Shown here: piece after piece, positions 11,386 to 22,849 of the stretch
Layout of the letters: the number at the start of each line of letters is the position of its first letter
Numbering within the stretch: position 1 is the stretch's first letter
Assembly (NCBI GenBank): GCA_040285825.1
Contig: JAUPSS010000004.1
Span: 5,051,784 to 5,115,783 of the forward strand
DNA length: 64,000 nt
From: Eukaryota sp. TZLM1-RC
Taxonomy: Eukaryota; Protista; Metamonada: BaSk clade
Reading direction: 5' to 3'
The notes under the pieces: generated by a model
Databases searched by the model: none
What the model was told of the DNA's origin: nothing
What the model saw: the letters and a program-made list of their open reading frames with translations, nothing else
Translations under genes and position numbers: made by a program

Positions 11386-12699
11386 ATGGTTGCTGACCCT
11401 GTCCAGAAAGCTTTAGACACGTTTAATGTCTCTCTTTTTAAGTCTAAGTTTGACAGTGAAGAGTGGACCACTGAGCAGCAACGTCTCCAACAAGACGAGT
11501 CATCCCCTTTCCACTCTTCTAAAACTTTTGCTGAGCTGGGCTTGAGTGACGAAGTTCTGGAAACACTACAAGAGCTTGAGCTACTACACCCCACTAAAAT
11601 CCAACAGTTCGCACTTGAAAAGGTTCAAGAGTCCACTCATGTTATTTGTGGTTCGCATGGAGGCTCTGGTAAGTCGCTTGCCCTAGTTCTCGCAGCACTA
11701 CAGTCTATTGACCGGGAATCACAGAAACCTCAAGTCTTTATCACAGCATGTAATTTCGAGGTTATATCGTTGTTATATGGAATTGCTTCAATGTTTACAG
11801 AAAAGTGTGGTTTCAGCTTGGAATTATGCACGAACAAGCCATTTTCGAGTCAAATTGTCATTGGTCACCCTGTAGCACTCATTGAAAATTGCCAGGAACC
11901 TATTGATGGGTCAGTACATTTGTTTGTTGACGATGCAGCCATCGCATTGCAATTAGACATTAAGGAAAGCGAGGACTCTGACGCCGTTGTCCCTGCTATT
12001 TCCAAGTTGAAGCAAACCTTATCGGAGTCGGTTCGCATCTTTTACTTTGGGAGTACTTTCTCACAGGACGTTCGTAAAAGAATCATTTCGATTTCACCTT
12101 CTTTTACACATTCCAGTGTTGATGATAAAGATCAACTTGGTCAAAACTATTTGGTTTGCTCTGTAAACTCTGCCGACCGCTCCTCTCGTAATAACAAGGC
12201 AATTCAGCTTTCAGCGGCGTTCGCTTCTCACACTCAAGTTTTGATCTTTGCTGATACTTCGGTTCACTCTGGACCTTGTAAGTACATCCGAAGGAAGCTT
12301 GAAACAGATCATCAACTAGCTGTTGGCCTGCTCTCTCATGAGTTTTCCATTCGTCGTCGCGAACGTGTTCTTGCAGATATTCAATCTGGAAACTTCCAAG
12401 TCATTCTCGCCTCTCCAGCTATGGCTTGTGGTATCGACTTTTTGGATGTTGGCTGTGTTATCATCTTGGATCCTCCGTTCAAAACACTCGCCAGGGATGC
12501 CGAAGAAGAAACCTTTGATGTGGACTTTGAAGGATGGGTCATGAGAGCAACCCGAACCGGACGTGCAGGGAGATATGGTTTAGTTGTCAATTGCACTCAT
12601 GATTCGCATTCTCAGAAGGCTGTAATTGATGTGGCAAAGAGACTCAACAGGATCATTCCTTTTGTTGAACCTGAACAAATCATTCAATTATTGGAATAA
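11386..12699 (+). CDS. Divergent DEAD-box RNA helicase, DBP5/DDX19-like
   Basis: LQQDESSPFHSSKTFAELGL resembles the Dbp5 N-terminal/Q region; PTKIQ, GSGKS, motif II DDAA and motif VI RATRTGRAGR. Confidence 0.75.
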   Translation: MVADPVQKALDTFNVSLFKSKFDSEEWTTEQQRLQQDESSPFHSSKTFAELGLSDEVLETLQELELLHPTKIQQFALEKVQESTHVICGSHGGSGKSLALVLAALQSIDRESQKPQVFITACNFEVISLLYGIASMFTEKCGFSLELCTNKPFSSQIVIGHPVALIENCQEPIDGSVHLFVDDAAIALQLDIKESEDSDAVVPAISKLKQTLSESVRIFYFGSTFSQDVRKRIISISPSFTHSSVDDKDQLGQNYLVCSVNSADRSSRNNKAIQLSAAFASHTQVLIFADTSVHSGPCKYIRRKLETDHQLAVGLLSHEFSIRRRERVLADIQSGNFQVILASPAMACGIDFLDVGCVIILDPPFKTLARDAEEETFDVDFEGWVMRATRTGRAGRYGLVVNCTHDSHSQKAVIDVAKRLNRIIPFVEPEQIIQLLE

Positions 12700-13103
12700 T
12701 GTTGTATTATTATCATCTATTTTGACAATAAATTTGTGTAATTGAAGTGAATTGTTGGGAGTTCAACATTTGAAATCACAATTTATTTACAAAAATTGAA
12801 ATAATAACGAAAAAAGTAGCTGGGATGAAATGTAAAAATATAGGTAAGTTCATTTTCACAGAAAATAGTGGAGCAAAATAAAAAAATAATAAAAAAATAG
12901 TGGAGCAACTCCAGATGGTCACCAAATCAACTAACATCTTTGGTATTGTAAAACATATATCTTTCACAACCAAAAAAAGAAACATGTTGAGCTCTTTACA
13001 GGTATTGTACTGTGAAAAAGTCAACACAAAAGGACAGAGATGATAGGCAAATGACAAAGGAAATTGAAAAAGAAACACAACATTTTCAACTCATAATTAA
13101 TGG

Positions 13104-13529
13104 TTAAAAAAACTCTTCAGGGTCCAAATCATCTTCAACTGATTGGAGCTTCAATTGATCATCAGATATAAAATCATTCCATTTATCCTCAAGTTCTAAG
13201 AGAAAGTCAATAGCCTCATCAGAAGACATTTGACTTACATAGAAGAGGCAATCTTGCATGCCAGGTTCAAGACAAAGATTATCAAATGTGAGGTTTCTAC
13301 GTTGTGCTACAAGGTTAGCCCTCGCTTTGCCTATTTTAGATAGAAACTGTCGTCGGACAGCCATTTGGTGTGGAGAAAGTGAACTAGGACTTCTGCGACT
13401 AGACGTTCTGGTGTTAGAAGTGACTGGGAATGTTCGTGGAGATTTTGGTGGAGAGAATATTTGAGCAGGAAAGTTGTGGCAGTTGTTAGGCGACAAAGGT
13501 GGCGTACATATCGGTTGATCAGAGTTCAT
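13104..13529 (-). CDS. Hypothetical protein, weak resemblance to the RPA-interacting protein N-terminus
   Basis: 141-aa ORF divergently paired with dNK; contains RRQFLSKIGKARANLVAQRR followed by an acidic tail. Confidence 0.5.
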   Translation of the reverse strand: MNSDQPICTPPLSPNNCHNFPAQIFSPPKSPRTFPVTSNTRTSSRRSPSSLSPHQMAVRRQFLSKIGKARANLVAQRRNLTFDNLCLEPGMQDCLFYVSQMSSDEAIDFLLELEDKWNDFISDDQLKLQSVEDDLDPEEFF

Positions 13530-13692
13530 TCTTACAGATGATGTCGTCTATAATGAAATATGAGTTCATTAAGCTCTTGGACAATAGAATTTTTCTTGGC
13601 AAGACAATCGTCTTTTCCCAACTCAATGCATGTAGCAGATACACTTGCTCATCTTGCTTGTTGCATCTGTTTCCTGTTAGGTAACTGCACTC

Positions 13693-14481
13693 ATGTCTGG
13701 TCAAGGTAAAATCATCATCCTCGAAGGGAACATCTCTGCTGGGAAGTCAACATTAGCGTCTGCTCTTGGTAGTTATCTTGACGCTAAAGTGTTCTTCGAA
13801 CCTACAGTCACAAATCCCTACCTCGCCAAATTCTATGCCAATCCCAAGAGATATGCGTTGAAGATGCAAGTCTATCTACTTAGACAACGGTTTATCATCT
13901 ACATTTCTGCTCTCCGCCACCTCATAAAGACAGGTCAGTCTGTTATTTTGGATAGGTCCATTTTCTCTGATGAAGTGTTTGCTCTCACTAATGTTCATGT
14001 TGGCAATATTTCCAAAGAACAATACCAATATTATAAGTCTCTCAGGTCTCAAATGATTGACATTCTACCCATTCCCCACTTAACAATCTTTCTCCAAACA
14101 AGTCCAAGTGTTTGCCAAGAGCGAGTTATGAAGAGAGCCCGTGCCTGTGAATCTGGCATTCCATTGTCCTATCTCCAAAAACTCCATGAGAATTACCAAG
14201 TTTTCTATAAAAAGATGCAAGAAGCCGGATCTTGTGTATTCAGTTTTGATTGGAATAACTTTGGTGATTCAAGTGATGTTTGTAGTGTTGCCAATGTACC
14301 TATTCTACCTTCCCCTCTTCCGTTATCGGCCTCGCTGTTGTTTTCTGATATGTATATCATGTCAAGGTTACGAATTGATAATGAAGTGGAGTCAAGTGAT
14401 GAAGAAGACTGTGAAGAAGAGTTTTCGTTGCATCAAGATGTTTTAAAGATTCAATTTGGATTGGAATCAGTTGCAGTGTAG
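13693..14481 (+). CDS. Deoxynucleoside kinase (dNK family)
   Basis: EGNISAGKST P-loop, FEP, DRSIFSDEVF, lid RVMKRARACE and YLQKLH. Confidence 0.93.
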   Translation: MSGQGKIIILEGNISAGKSTLASALGSYLDAKVFFEPTVTNPYLAKFYANPKRYALKMQVYLLRQRFIIYISALRHLIKTGQSVILDRSIFSDEVFALTNVHVGNISKEQYQYYKSLRSQMIDILPIPHLTIFLQTSPSVCQERVMKRARACESGIPLSYLQKLHENYQVFYKKMQEAGSCVFSFDWNNFGDSSDVCSVANVPILPSPLPLSASLLFSDMYIMSRLRIDNEVESSDEEDCEEEFSLHQDVLKIQFGLESVAV

Positions 14482-14645
14482 ACGTTTTTTCAATTTTTTG
14501 TTGGCTGGTTTTTTAATCGGTTTTTTGTTTATAAACAATATTTAATTGTTGTTGTCCTTCTAAAAATTCTGTTGCGTTGTGAATTAAAAATGAAGAACAA
14601 AAAATAAAACTATTTTAATTTAAAAAACTATTAAAAACTAGACAT

Positions 14646-16019
14646 CTACAAAACATTTTTCCAACTGGCTACATCAAAAATTTCCAAATCATCCTTGGAT
14701 CCACCAACAGCTAATAAACCAATGTTATTTTCGTCAGCAAAAGGATTGAATTGCAAAGCAAAGACTTCACCCACCTCTGAAGACACATTCTCTTTATGCA
14801 ACATCTTTGGTTCCGAACCAATGTTCCACGCCTTCAAACACTTATCAGAACCCCCTGAAACCAAAAGGTGAGGTAGCCTTGGATGAACATTTAAGTGTGT
14901 GCTACTTTTATGGGCGTCAATCATGTACAACCTCGTAGAAGTATCCCTAGGATCGAAACATTGAATAGAACCATCTTCGCAACCAATGAAAAACTTGCTA
15001 GTTTCCAAAGACTGTCCAATGTTAGCCCAACAAGCAGACTCAGCTTCTGCTTCTAATTTGAACGACAGTGGAGGTCCTGATTGTCGAAGGTCAAATATCT
15101 TACTTGTTCGGTCAAAAGATGACGTCATAATCACGCTATCAGAGAAGGGTGCCCAATCAACAGTTTGTACAGCTTTCTTGTGTTTAAAAGCTGAAGGAAT
15201 CTTCCAGACAGGAGCCTCAGTCTTATCAAGATCCCAGACAAAAACTTTACCATCATCACCTGAAGAAGCAAGAAAGTTTTGGCGGACAGTATTCCAAGAA
15301 AGACCAAGAACCGCGCCTTTATGTCCAGGTTCTTTTTCTTTTTCAGAAACAATTCCCTTTTTTTTCATTATTCGTTTCCTACCTATGGTTAATTAATTCT
15401 GTAATAATTTTAAAAAATACTTATTGATAAATGTTTTTTAGGTCCCAGAACAGCGATAGGTTCAAGAGCATCAACCTCATTCATATTCCACAACTCTATT
15501 CCTGGTTCCATAAATCCAACAGCTGCCACGTGGCAAGGATGGTTACCTTCTCCATGACCGATCCATTGAGTACATATGGGTGCAGACCTCAACACTCGGT
15601 CGTGGTGCATATCAATGGTGGCATAAGAGTCTTCAGATGAAGGTTCGACGATCCACTGTTCCAGGAATCCTTCTCTTTCTGGTAGGTTGACTCTGCCTGC
15701 TAGGAGAAGGTAGGCAGATGATGGGATATGTAGGTTTTGAATTTCATCTTCATCCGAGACTTGTTCAGTTATGTAAGGATCTTGGGTATTGGCGGAGTAG
15801 AACATTCCACCTGGATTTGAGGAAGATTGGTCATCAGAATCATCTGAATTATCAATGTCAACAGATGCACCATCGCTGGAATGAGAAAGATGGTATGGAA
15901 AGTATAACAAACACCATTTGCTTAAGTTCTGTAAGTTCAGATGAGGTGATATCATTAAGAATTGGCTGTGTAGCTGCTACACCTTGAGGAACCCAAGAAA
16001 GTGAAGTAACGATAGTCAT
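14646..16019 (-). CDS. PWP1: Periodic tryptophan protein 1 (WD40 ribosome-biogenesis factor); introns at 15876-15912 and 15383-15420
   Basis: MTIVTSLSWVPQGVA N-terminus, HHDRVL...P...W, AAVGFMEPGIELWNMNEVDALEP, GHKGAVLGLSWN. Introns of 37 and 38 nt join the two track ORFs in frame. Confidence 0.88.
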
Positions 16020-16796
16020 GATCAATCAAGAAGTCGTAATAGACAAGATCAGTATGGATAGAGAGATGGATGAACAAAAGGTGTTATAATTAGTTCAATT
16101 GAATTGGCTGATCTAGTTTCCAATGAACAGAATGTATATACTACAATTGGATGAAAAATCTGAAACCCAAGGGCCAAACTGGTCGCCAGAACAACTGTGG
16201 TTGATTGACTCAATTCTGAATCAAGTTAAACATCTTCGTACTTAGCCGGCAATGTATACTTTAAAGTATTAATTTACCAGTGCTACTTATTAGTAAAGAG
16301 TGTCTCTTTCAGCATCCTATTTATCGACAATCTCATTATCCCCTTGAAATATTGTTGTGGAAGACCTTTCGTACCATCTGTAGAAAGATTTCACAAACAT
16401 TATTAGACTTCGAGGGTGCTTTTGTCACAGTTTATGTACAATTTATTTTGTAGATTAAATGGACCATTGTGCAAATGGATTAGAAAGCGCGTAAGTTCGA
16501 TGTACATTATCTACCTGCATTGCAAATTATCCTAGAAGTGATGAGGTAACCATGAAATAGTTTAGTAAACACGGCAAAATTATGTTGATTCTACCTATTA
16601 AGCAAAGATGTTGAACTCTAGATGCAGATAACAGTACATTCAACAAACTAATCAACACATAGGAGTAGAAGGATGAATAATTGCAAATACACGTATTTAT
16701 GGAAAGAAGAAGCTACAATGGAGACTAAATGTACTATCTGTACCAACGAACAGTTAGTTAGATAGTTAAATGAGGAAATTTAAAGACCTATACTGA

Positions 16797-17048
16797 CTAT
16801 AGCTTTAAAGTACCCCTAGTTTTGGACTTTTGAAGTTTACGCTTGAGTTTTCGCTTTGACAGCTTCTTTTTCGACACTTTACCGTTGACATCCACGGTAG
16901 GAGTTCCTGCCATGGGGGCTGAATCTGCAATGGTCTGTTGAAGAGATTGGCTGACTTTTTCAAGGCGGATACGAACCTTTTCACCATCCCGTTCCCGCTG
17001 TCTATTGTGGTGCTGAGCTACCTTTTTCGATCGAAGTGATTTGGCCAT
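16797..17048 (-). CDS. LLP-homolog-like (LLPH/DUF2423-type) small basic protein
   Basis: MAKSLRSK N-terminal signature and Lys-rich C-terminus. Confidence 0.75.
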   Translation of the reverse strand: MAKSLRSKKVAQHHNRQRERDGEKVRIRLEKVSQSLQQTIADSAPMAGTPTVDVNGKVSKKKLSKRKLKRKLQKSKTRGTLKL

Positions 17049-17267
17049 TGGTGGTGTGGGAGGAATAATAATGATAAGATGAGAAAATTATTCAAATTAT
17101 CAAAGTTCTATTATGTTAGTGTTATTGTCAAAGTGATATGTCATCTGTTGGACTTCTTGAATGGTTTAGAAAAACATGGTGTGAATGTTGTAATCGACAT
17201 TGTTCCTATTCGCACCAAACAAGTTTTTTCTGTTGTGAAGATGTAAATTGTAGATTACTTTATCTGT

Positions 17268-17775
17268 TTAGTTCTGATGATAGAGGTGATGTATACTGTG
17301 ATTGGATTGATAATTCTGAAGCTATTGTTGACTTTGTCTCATGTAATGTTGCAAACGATACTTTGGTTCACAGAAGAAAACTTAATCCTGTGGCTGCTCT
17401 GGATTTTAAAGCAAAAGAAAAACATAGAAAATATGATAAAGAAATTGAAGATGCAAATATCGATAGAAATACACAGCTGGTTTTTATTGCTTTTCCATTT
17501 TCGATAAATGGAAGATTATCAGTTGAAGCAGAAACTTTTTTGGATGACTTCCAAAAATTGGTGAAAGAAAAAACAATGAAAAGATTTGATATTTTTTTAT
17601 GGCGTTCACGGATTCAATTTGCCATTATTAATAGATTACCGCGGTTTTTCAATCGAATTAGAGAAGCTTTAGCTAGACAGCAAGCAAATCAAGATTTTGT
17701 AGAGGAAATCTTGGTTTAATGATAGTCGTCCCATTAGTTATGATTTAATTTAATCAAGTGTGCAAATTCAATAAA
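17268..17775 (+). mobile_element. RLE non-LTR retrotransposon 3' end (family A)
   Basis: RGDVYCD...VDFV...KEKHRKY...FPFSINGRL endonuclease; near-identical to the copies at 57041 and 57746. Confidence 0.9.
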
Positions 17776-18062
17776 TTAATACATTTATCTGTTAATCGTC
17801 AAGTTTTTTGTTATTTCATTTGTTTCAATTTATTTGAAATTTATAGAATTGACAACATAGCACAATTTTGTTTTAACTTTTTGAAATATAAGCCAATCCA
17901 AACTGGCTGAACAGAAGTGCTCAGCTTGATTTATTTTCCTCATCAGGTACTAATGTTTCAATAACAACTGTTGTAGAAAATCGAAAAGGGAAATTAATCG
18001 GTTCTTTCTACAGTTTCTCTGTATAAACGTATGTCTAATACAATTCTTCCTTATAATAGCAT

Positions 18063-18827
18063 ATGGCTGACACTAGCGTAGCCGGTAAAAGAGGTGGTTT
18101 CCGTGGTGGTTTCCGTGGTCGTCGTGGTGGTCCCCGTCGCCGTCGTGATGATACTCAAGAATGGACTCCCATGACCAAGCTCGGTCGTCTCGTCAAGGAA
18201 GGAAAGATCGGTTCTCTTGAAGAGATCTTCCGTCACTCTCTGCCCATTAAGGAATACCAAATCATTGACCATTTCCTTCCCAACCTCAAGGACTCTGTCA
18301 TGAAGGTTGCCACTGTTCAAAAGCAAACTCGTGCTGGTCAACGTAATCGTTTCAAGGTTTTCGTAATTGTTGGAGATTTCAACGGACATGTTGGTTTAGG
18401 TGTCAAGTGCTCTAAGGAAGTCACCACTTCTATCAGATCAGCTATTGCTCTTGCCAAACTCTCTATTGTCCCAGTCCGTAGAGGTTACTGGGGTAGCAAC
18501 ATTGGTTCTCCCCATACTGTTCCCTGTAAGGTCACTGGAAAGTGTGGATCTGTTAGAGTACGTCTTGTCCCTGCTCCCAGAGGTAGTGGAATTGTCGCTG
18601 CCCATCTTCCCAAGAAGGTTTTGGAGTTTGCTGGTGTTGAAGATGTTTTCACTCAATCTGTCGGTAAGACCCGTACTGCTGGTAACTTCTTGAAGGCCAC
18701 CTTTGCTGCTTGTGCCCAAACTTATGAATACTTGACCCCTAACTTCTGGCCCGAATCAGCTTTGACTGCTCCACCCGCAGAAGAGCACAGCGATTTCCTT
18801 TTGGCTTCTAAGGAAGGAAAAAAGTAA
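18063..18827 (+). CDS. RPS2: 40S ribosomal protein S2 (uS5)
   Basis: RGG N-terminus, [43 protein letters not shown]. Confidence 0.98.
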   Translation: MADTSVAGKRGGFRGGFRGRRGGPRRRRDDTQEWTPMTKLGRLVKEGKIGSLEEIFRHSLPIKEYQIIDHFLPNLKDSVMKVATVQKQTRAGQRNRFKVFVIVGDFNGHVGLGVKCSKEVTTSIRSAIALAKLSIVPVRRGYWGSNIGSPHTVPCKVTGKCGSVRVRLVPAPRGSGIVAAHLPKKVLEFAGVEDVFTQSVGKTRTAGNFLKATFAACAQTYEYLTPNFWPESALTAPPAEEHSDFLLASKEGKK

Positions 18828-19358
18828 TCTATTTTGACAATGGTTCATAGGTGAAACTTTGATCCACGTATTAATTTTGGTTCAATAAATTTTGTGGATT
18901 TAGTATGTAACACAAATAATATTTTCGGTTGAAAGTATTAAATTTAAAATAACGTTACTGGATTATTAGGTTAACATTTGAATAGGATGTCAAAAATTTC
19001 CAACAATGAAACTATCTGGTACAAAATCCAATTTTTCAATAGCTCATTATCAGCATAATTTATCAAAGTATCGCATTTGCAATAATTTTGGGTAGGCTTG
19101 CTTACCACAATGGAAAAATCTTATAATTAATGAGGTATCATTTTCCCATATAAACGTAATCTACCACTAATCTTCTTTTGTACCTTTGCAATTTGTCTTA
19201 ATAATGTCTGTTGTTGATACAAGAAAAGTTGACATGAAACATTTTATTACATTCAATCTAATATTATACAATTTTATTGGAAAAATAATAAATTAAATCA
19301 GATCAGGAACAGAGCAATCTCATAAATTACAAAAATAAATAAAAAATATCTACAAACC

Positions 19359-20213
19359 CTAACCCAACAGCTTACTTGGAATAGGAACACTTTTATTAAC
19401 CAGTATCTTTTCTTTTTTATGAAGCCTTGACCCTCGATCGGTAGCTTTTGGAGTATACCTGGCTGGCAAAGGTGCTGGTTTTGATAACAATTCCAAACAA
19501 TGAGCGTGGTTCATAGATTGTCTGTTGTTTCTATACTTGGCAATTAACAATTCTTTTTCTCTTTTATATTCAGCTTCAAGATTAAGCCTTTCTTTATTGA
19601 TTTTCTCCTCCAAATGTTGAAATTCTGATTCTTTTTGTACTTTTAAAGTACGTTGAATTCGATCATTAAACATCTTTTCTTGTAACAATCGTTGTTGAGA
19701 AAGAGTCTTTTCCACTATTTGTTGTGATCTCTTGGCTTGTGCTGCCTCTTCATACCTTCGTTGCTTGATTAGTTGTTCTTGTGCAGCTTCAAGATCTCTT
19801 TCTAACCTTGATTTTGTTTTCATTGGTGAAGATGATCTCCTAGAAAGACGAGATGCACAATTTGGAGAGCTGTGGAGACGTTGAGAACGAGTGAGGTCAA
19901 GTCGGAGCTTCGTAGCACGAATGTTGTGCTCTTTGAAAAGTTGCGAGTATTTTTCTTCAAGTGCTTGGAGGGCATCTTGCTCAGCTTGATCTAAAGCTTT
20001 TCGTTCTAGGAGTTGACGCTGTTGTTCTTCATGGACGAGTAGTTCAAGATGTTGTTTCTTTAACATATCGATTTCTTCATCAATTTCGGAAGCACGAGAA
20101 AAATCAAGACTGGAAGAAATATGACGAGATCTCTCCTCCTCAAGGTGATGTATCGTTGACCGTAAGGAAGATCCTGGTCGCATCAGTTTAGACGAAAGCG
20201 GTCTAAAACTCAT
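19359..20213 (-). CDS. Coiled-coil hypothetical protein
   Basis: 284-aa intact ORF with Glu/Gln/Lys/Leu-rich heptads. Confidence 0.7.
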   Translation of the reverse strand: MSFRPLSSKLMRPGSSLRSTIHHLEEERSRHISSSLDFSRASEIDEEIDMLKKQHLELLVHEEQQRQLLERKALDQAEQDALQALEEKYSQLFKEHNIRATKLRLDLTRSQRLHSSPNCASRLSRRSSSPMKTKSRLERDLEAAQEQLIKQRRYEEAAQAKRSQQIVEKTLSQQRLLQEKMFNDRIQRTLKVQKESEFQHLEEKINKERLNLEAEYKREKELLIAKYRNNRQSMNHAHCLELLSKPAPLPARYTPKATDRGSRLHKKEKILVNKSVPIPSKLLG

Positions 20214-20533
20214 GCCAGTGTATAACGGACAGTTTTAGAGAAGAGTAAGGTAGAATGATGAGATTGAAAGGAATGCAAAATTCAACAAAGTTTTGAAACT
20301 AGTCATGTTTCAGGGGTGTGTTGAGGTTGATTTTGTCTTAAATTTATTTCGAATTTTCATGATGCTGCGAAGGTGTTGTTTTTGGAATTTTCTTCAGTAT
20401 TCAATTGATATTGACTTGACCGTATTCCAATGTACAAGTATTGATCAATGAGTTGATGTTTTCACTATTAATTACTGAATTTTGTAATAATTTGGTAGCA
20501 ACTACAAGACAGTAAACTGAAATTTTATAAAAA

Positions 20534-22708
20534 CTAAATAGAAGACTTAACAACCTTGTGAGCTTTCTTGACATCTTTCCATGAACCACCTTCAAGCAAT
20601 TCGCCCAAAACGTCTGCTAATCTATCATAATGAACAGAGATCTGCTCACCTGAATCCCGTTCCCTAACAGTGAGGTGATTATTGGTTAAAGATTCATGAT
20701 CTACAGTGATACCAAAAGGAATTCCAATTTCATCTGCTCTTGCATAACGTCTACCAATAGCTCCAGAAGAATCTGTTCTAAAAGAAATACCATTGTATTG
20801 AAGCAACGGGGCAACATTAGCACAATATTCTTCAAATTCAGTCTTATTAAACAAAGGGAAAAGGGCAACTTTGTAAGGAGCAATGATTGGAGGAAAATTG
20901 AACACAGTTCTCTCCACGGTGCCAGTAGCACCAGTGGCACCAGGTCTAAGGTACATTGTATGTTCGAGAATTGAGTAGACAATACGATCAATACCAAAAG
21001 AAGGTTCAATAACTCTTGGAACAATTTTCTCAACATATTGCTTTTCAACTACTGAACTAAGGGTTAATTCATTCTTGTTGATTTCTAAAGTTATTTCTTC
21101 ACCATTAGGGCGGGCGACAGTGACTGAAATCACTCCTTTTTCTTCCATTTCACTCATTAACTGACCGAGCTTTTCATTACTCATCTCAGAAAAAAGACTT
21201 TCCAAAAGTTTTAAATCACCTTTAAACTTTTTGCCACAAACTTTCTTGTTAAACTCAAACTTTACGACTTCTCTGACAACTGGTTCCTTCAACTGAATTT
21301 CAGCAGTCATATCAACCTTAGCCCCAGTTGCATGGCAAGTAAGATCATAGCAAGAGCGGTCAGCTATTCCAACTACTTCAGTCCAGCCAGTAGAGAGCAA
21401 AACCTCAGCATCCCAGCAATCTTTGGCATAATGGGCCATTTGAGAGGACAAATGTTGTCTAAATCTGATTCTGGAAGGGTCTATTCCAACATTATGAAGG
21501 AAATCTACAACTTTTCCAATAAAATAACCTAAAACTTCAGTCTCGATATAACCTGCATCTATAGTTTCGTAAATGTTTAGTACAAAACCTTCAGCTGATG
21601 CACCATGTTCTTCTTGTAATTCACGTGGTAAAATTTGAATTTCCACCTCGCCAACATCATCAATGTAATTATGAAAAATTTCATCTGGTTTGATGAAATA
21701 TTCAATTTCGGCCATTGAAAATTCTCTTAATCTAAGAATACCAGCACGTGGAGAAATTTCATTTCTGAAGGACGTTCCTATTTGAGCAACTCCAAATGGC
21801 AGCTGTTTGTTATTAAATTCAAAAAGCCTTGGGAAATTGACAAAGATCCCTTGTGCTGTTTCAGGTCTCAAGAACCCTCTCTGCTGGCCTAATGGTCCAA
21901 TGAAAGTTTCAAACATGAGGTTCATAGGTGCAGATTCTGAGAGATCATTCTTTACGGGTGATTTTACCTTATACTTCTTGATAGCTTCATCCATTTCTTC
22001 AGGAGTCAAGGCATCAGCAGTGGAGATAGCATGGTTAATCTCTTCCTTCTCTTCATTTGTTAACTTTGGATCTTCTAGTAAAACAGCCAAATGGGCCTCT
22101 AAAAGCTGATCAGCCCTGTAAGTTTGCTTTGTAACAACATCTCGCACCATTAAATCGCAAAACTTTTCAACATGACCAGAAGCTTTAAACACATTCTCAG
22201 GAGTCAAGGCAGTTGTGGCAATTTCATAAATATCAGGTTCACCAGTGATAAAGGAGTCTACCCAGAGGTTGATGACATTGCGTTTCACACCAGCTAGAAC
22301 GGGGCCATAATCGTAGAGACCAGAAACTCCTCCATAGATTTCAAAGGCAGGGGCGTAGAGGAATCTGCGTTTAATAATGTCATCGAGAAGGACTTTCTTT
22401 TGATCTTCTGAGATCGGGGCAGTCTTGGAGGCAGCAACTGCCTTGGATGAATCCGTGGGGGATGTTGAGGGTTTGGACTGGGTGGGGGTGGTCGATTTGG
22501 TGGAAATTTGTTGTTGAATTTTGGGGGCAGAAGTAGAAGGTTGCGACTTGGGTGCTTCCTTTGGAGGTTCAGACTTTGAAGGGGGAGAAGCTTTAAGTTG
22601 ATCAAGCTGTTGGTGGAGTTCCTTGAGTTTAGCCTCCAGTTCATCGCCTGTTAAAGCCCATTTGACTGACTCAATCTCAGCGAGAATATCTGCTTCTGTT
22701 TGGGACAT
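20534..22708 (-). CDS. GARS: Glycyl-tRNA synthetase (eukaryotic dimeric type)
   Basis: FEIYGGVSGLYDYGP, LRPETAQGIF, SFRNEISPR, EPSFGIDR and anticodon-binding IGRRYARADEIG. Confidence 0.97.
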   Translation of the reverse strand: MSQTEADILAEIESVKWALTGDELEAKLKELHQQLDQLKASPPSKSEPPKEAPKSQPSTSAPKIQQQISTKSTTPTQSKPSTSPTDSSKAVAASKTAPISEDQKKVLLDDIIKRRFLYAPAFEIYGGVSGLYDYGPVLAGVKRNVINLWVDSFITGEPDIYEIATTALTPENVFKASGHVEKFCDLMVRDVVTKQTYRADQLLEAHLAVLLEDPKLTNEEKEEINHAISTADALTPEEMDEAIKKYKVKSPVKNDLSESAPMNLMFETFIGPLGQQRGFLRPETAQGIFVNFPRLFEFNNKQLPFGVAQIGTSFRNEISPRAGILRLREFSMAEIEYFIKPDEIFHNYIDDVGEVEIQILPRELQEEHGASAEGFVLNIYETIDAGYIETEVLGYFIGKVVDFLHNVGIDPSRIRFRQHLSSQMAHYAKDCWDAEVLLSTGWTEVVGIADRSCYDLTCHATGAKVDMTAEIQLKEPVVREVVKFEFNKKVCGKKFKGDLKLLESLFSEMSNEKLGQLMSEMEEKGVISVTVARPNGEEITLEINKNELTLSSVVEKQYVEKIVPRVIEPSFGIDRIVYSILEHTMYLRPGATGATGTVERTVFNFPPIIAPYKVALFPLFNKTEFEEYCANVAPLLQYNGISFRTDSSGAIGRRYARADEIGIPFGITVDHESLTNNHLTVRERDSGEQISVHYDRLADVLGELLEGGSWKDVKKAHKVVKSSI

Positions 22709-22849
22709 GGGTTATTTTGATTTGGGACACTAAATCACTTAAAATAAGATCTTATGGGACTGAAATTCAAATTAAGATTTCATCTACAAAGTACTGATCT
22801 GCTTGTTTTCTCGCATTTGCTTCTCTTATTCGATAAAAGAACCGCAAAT

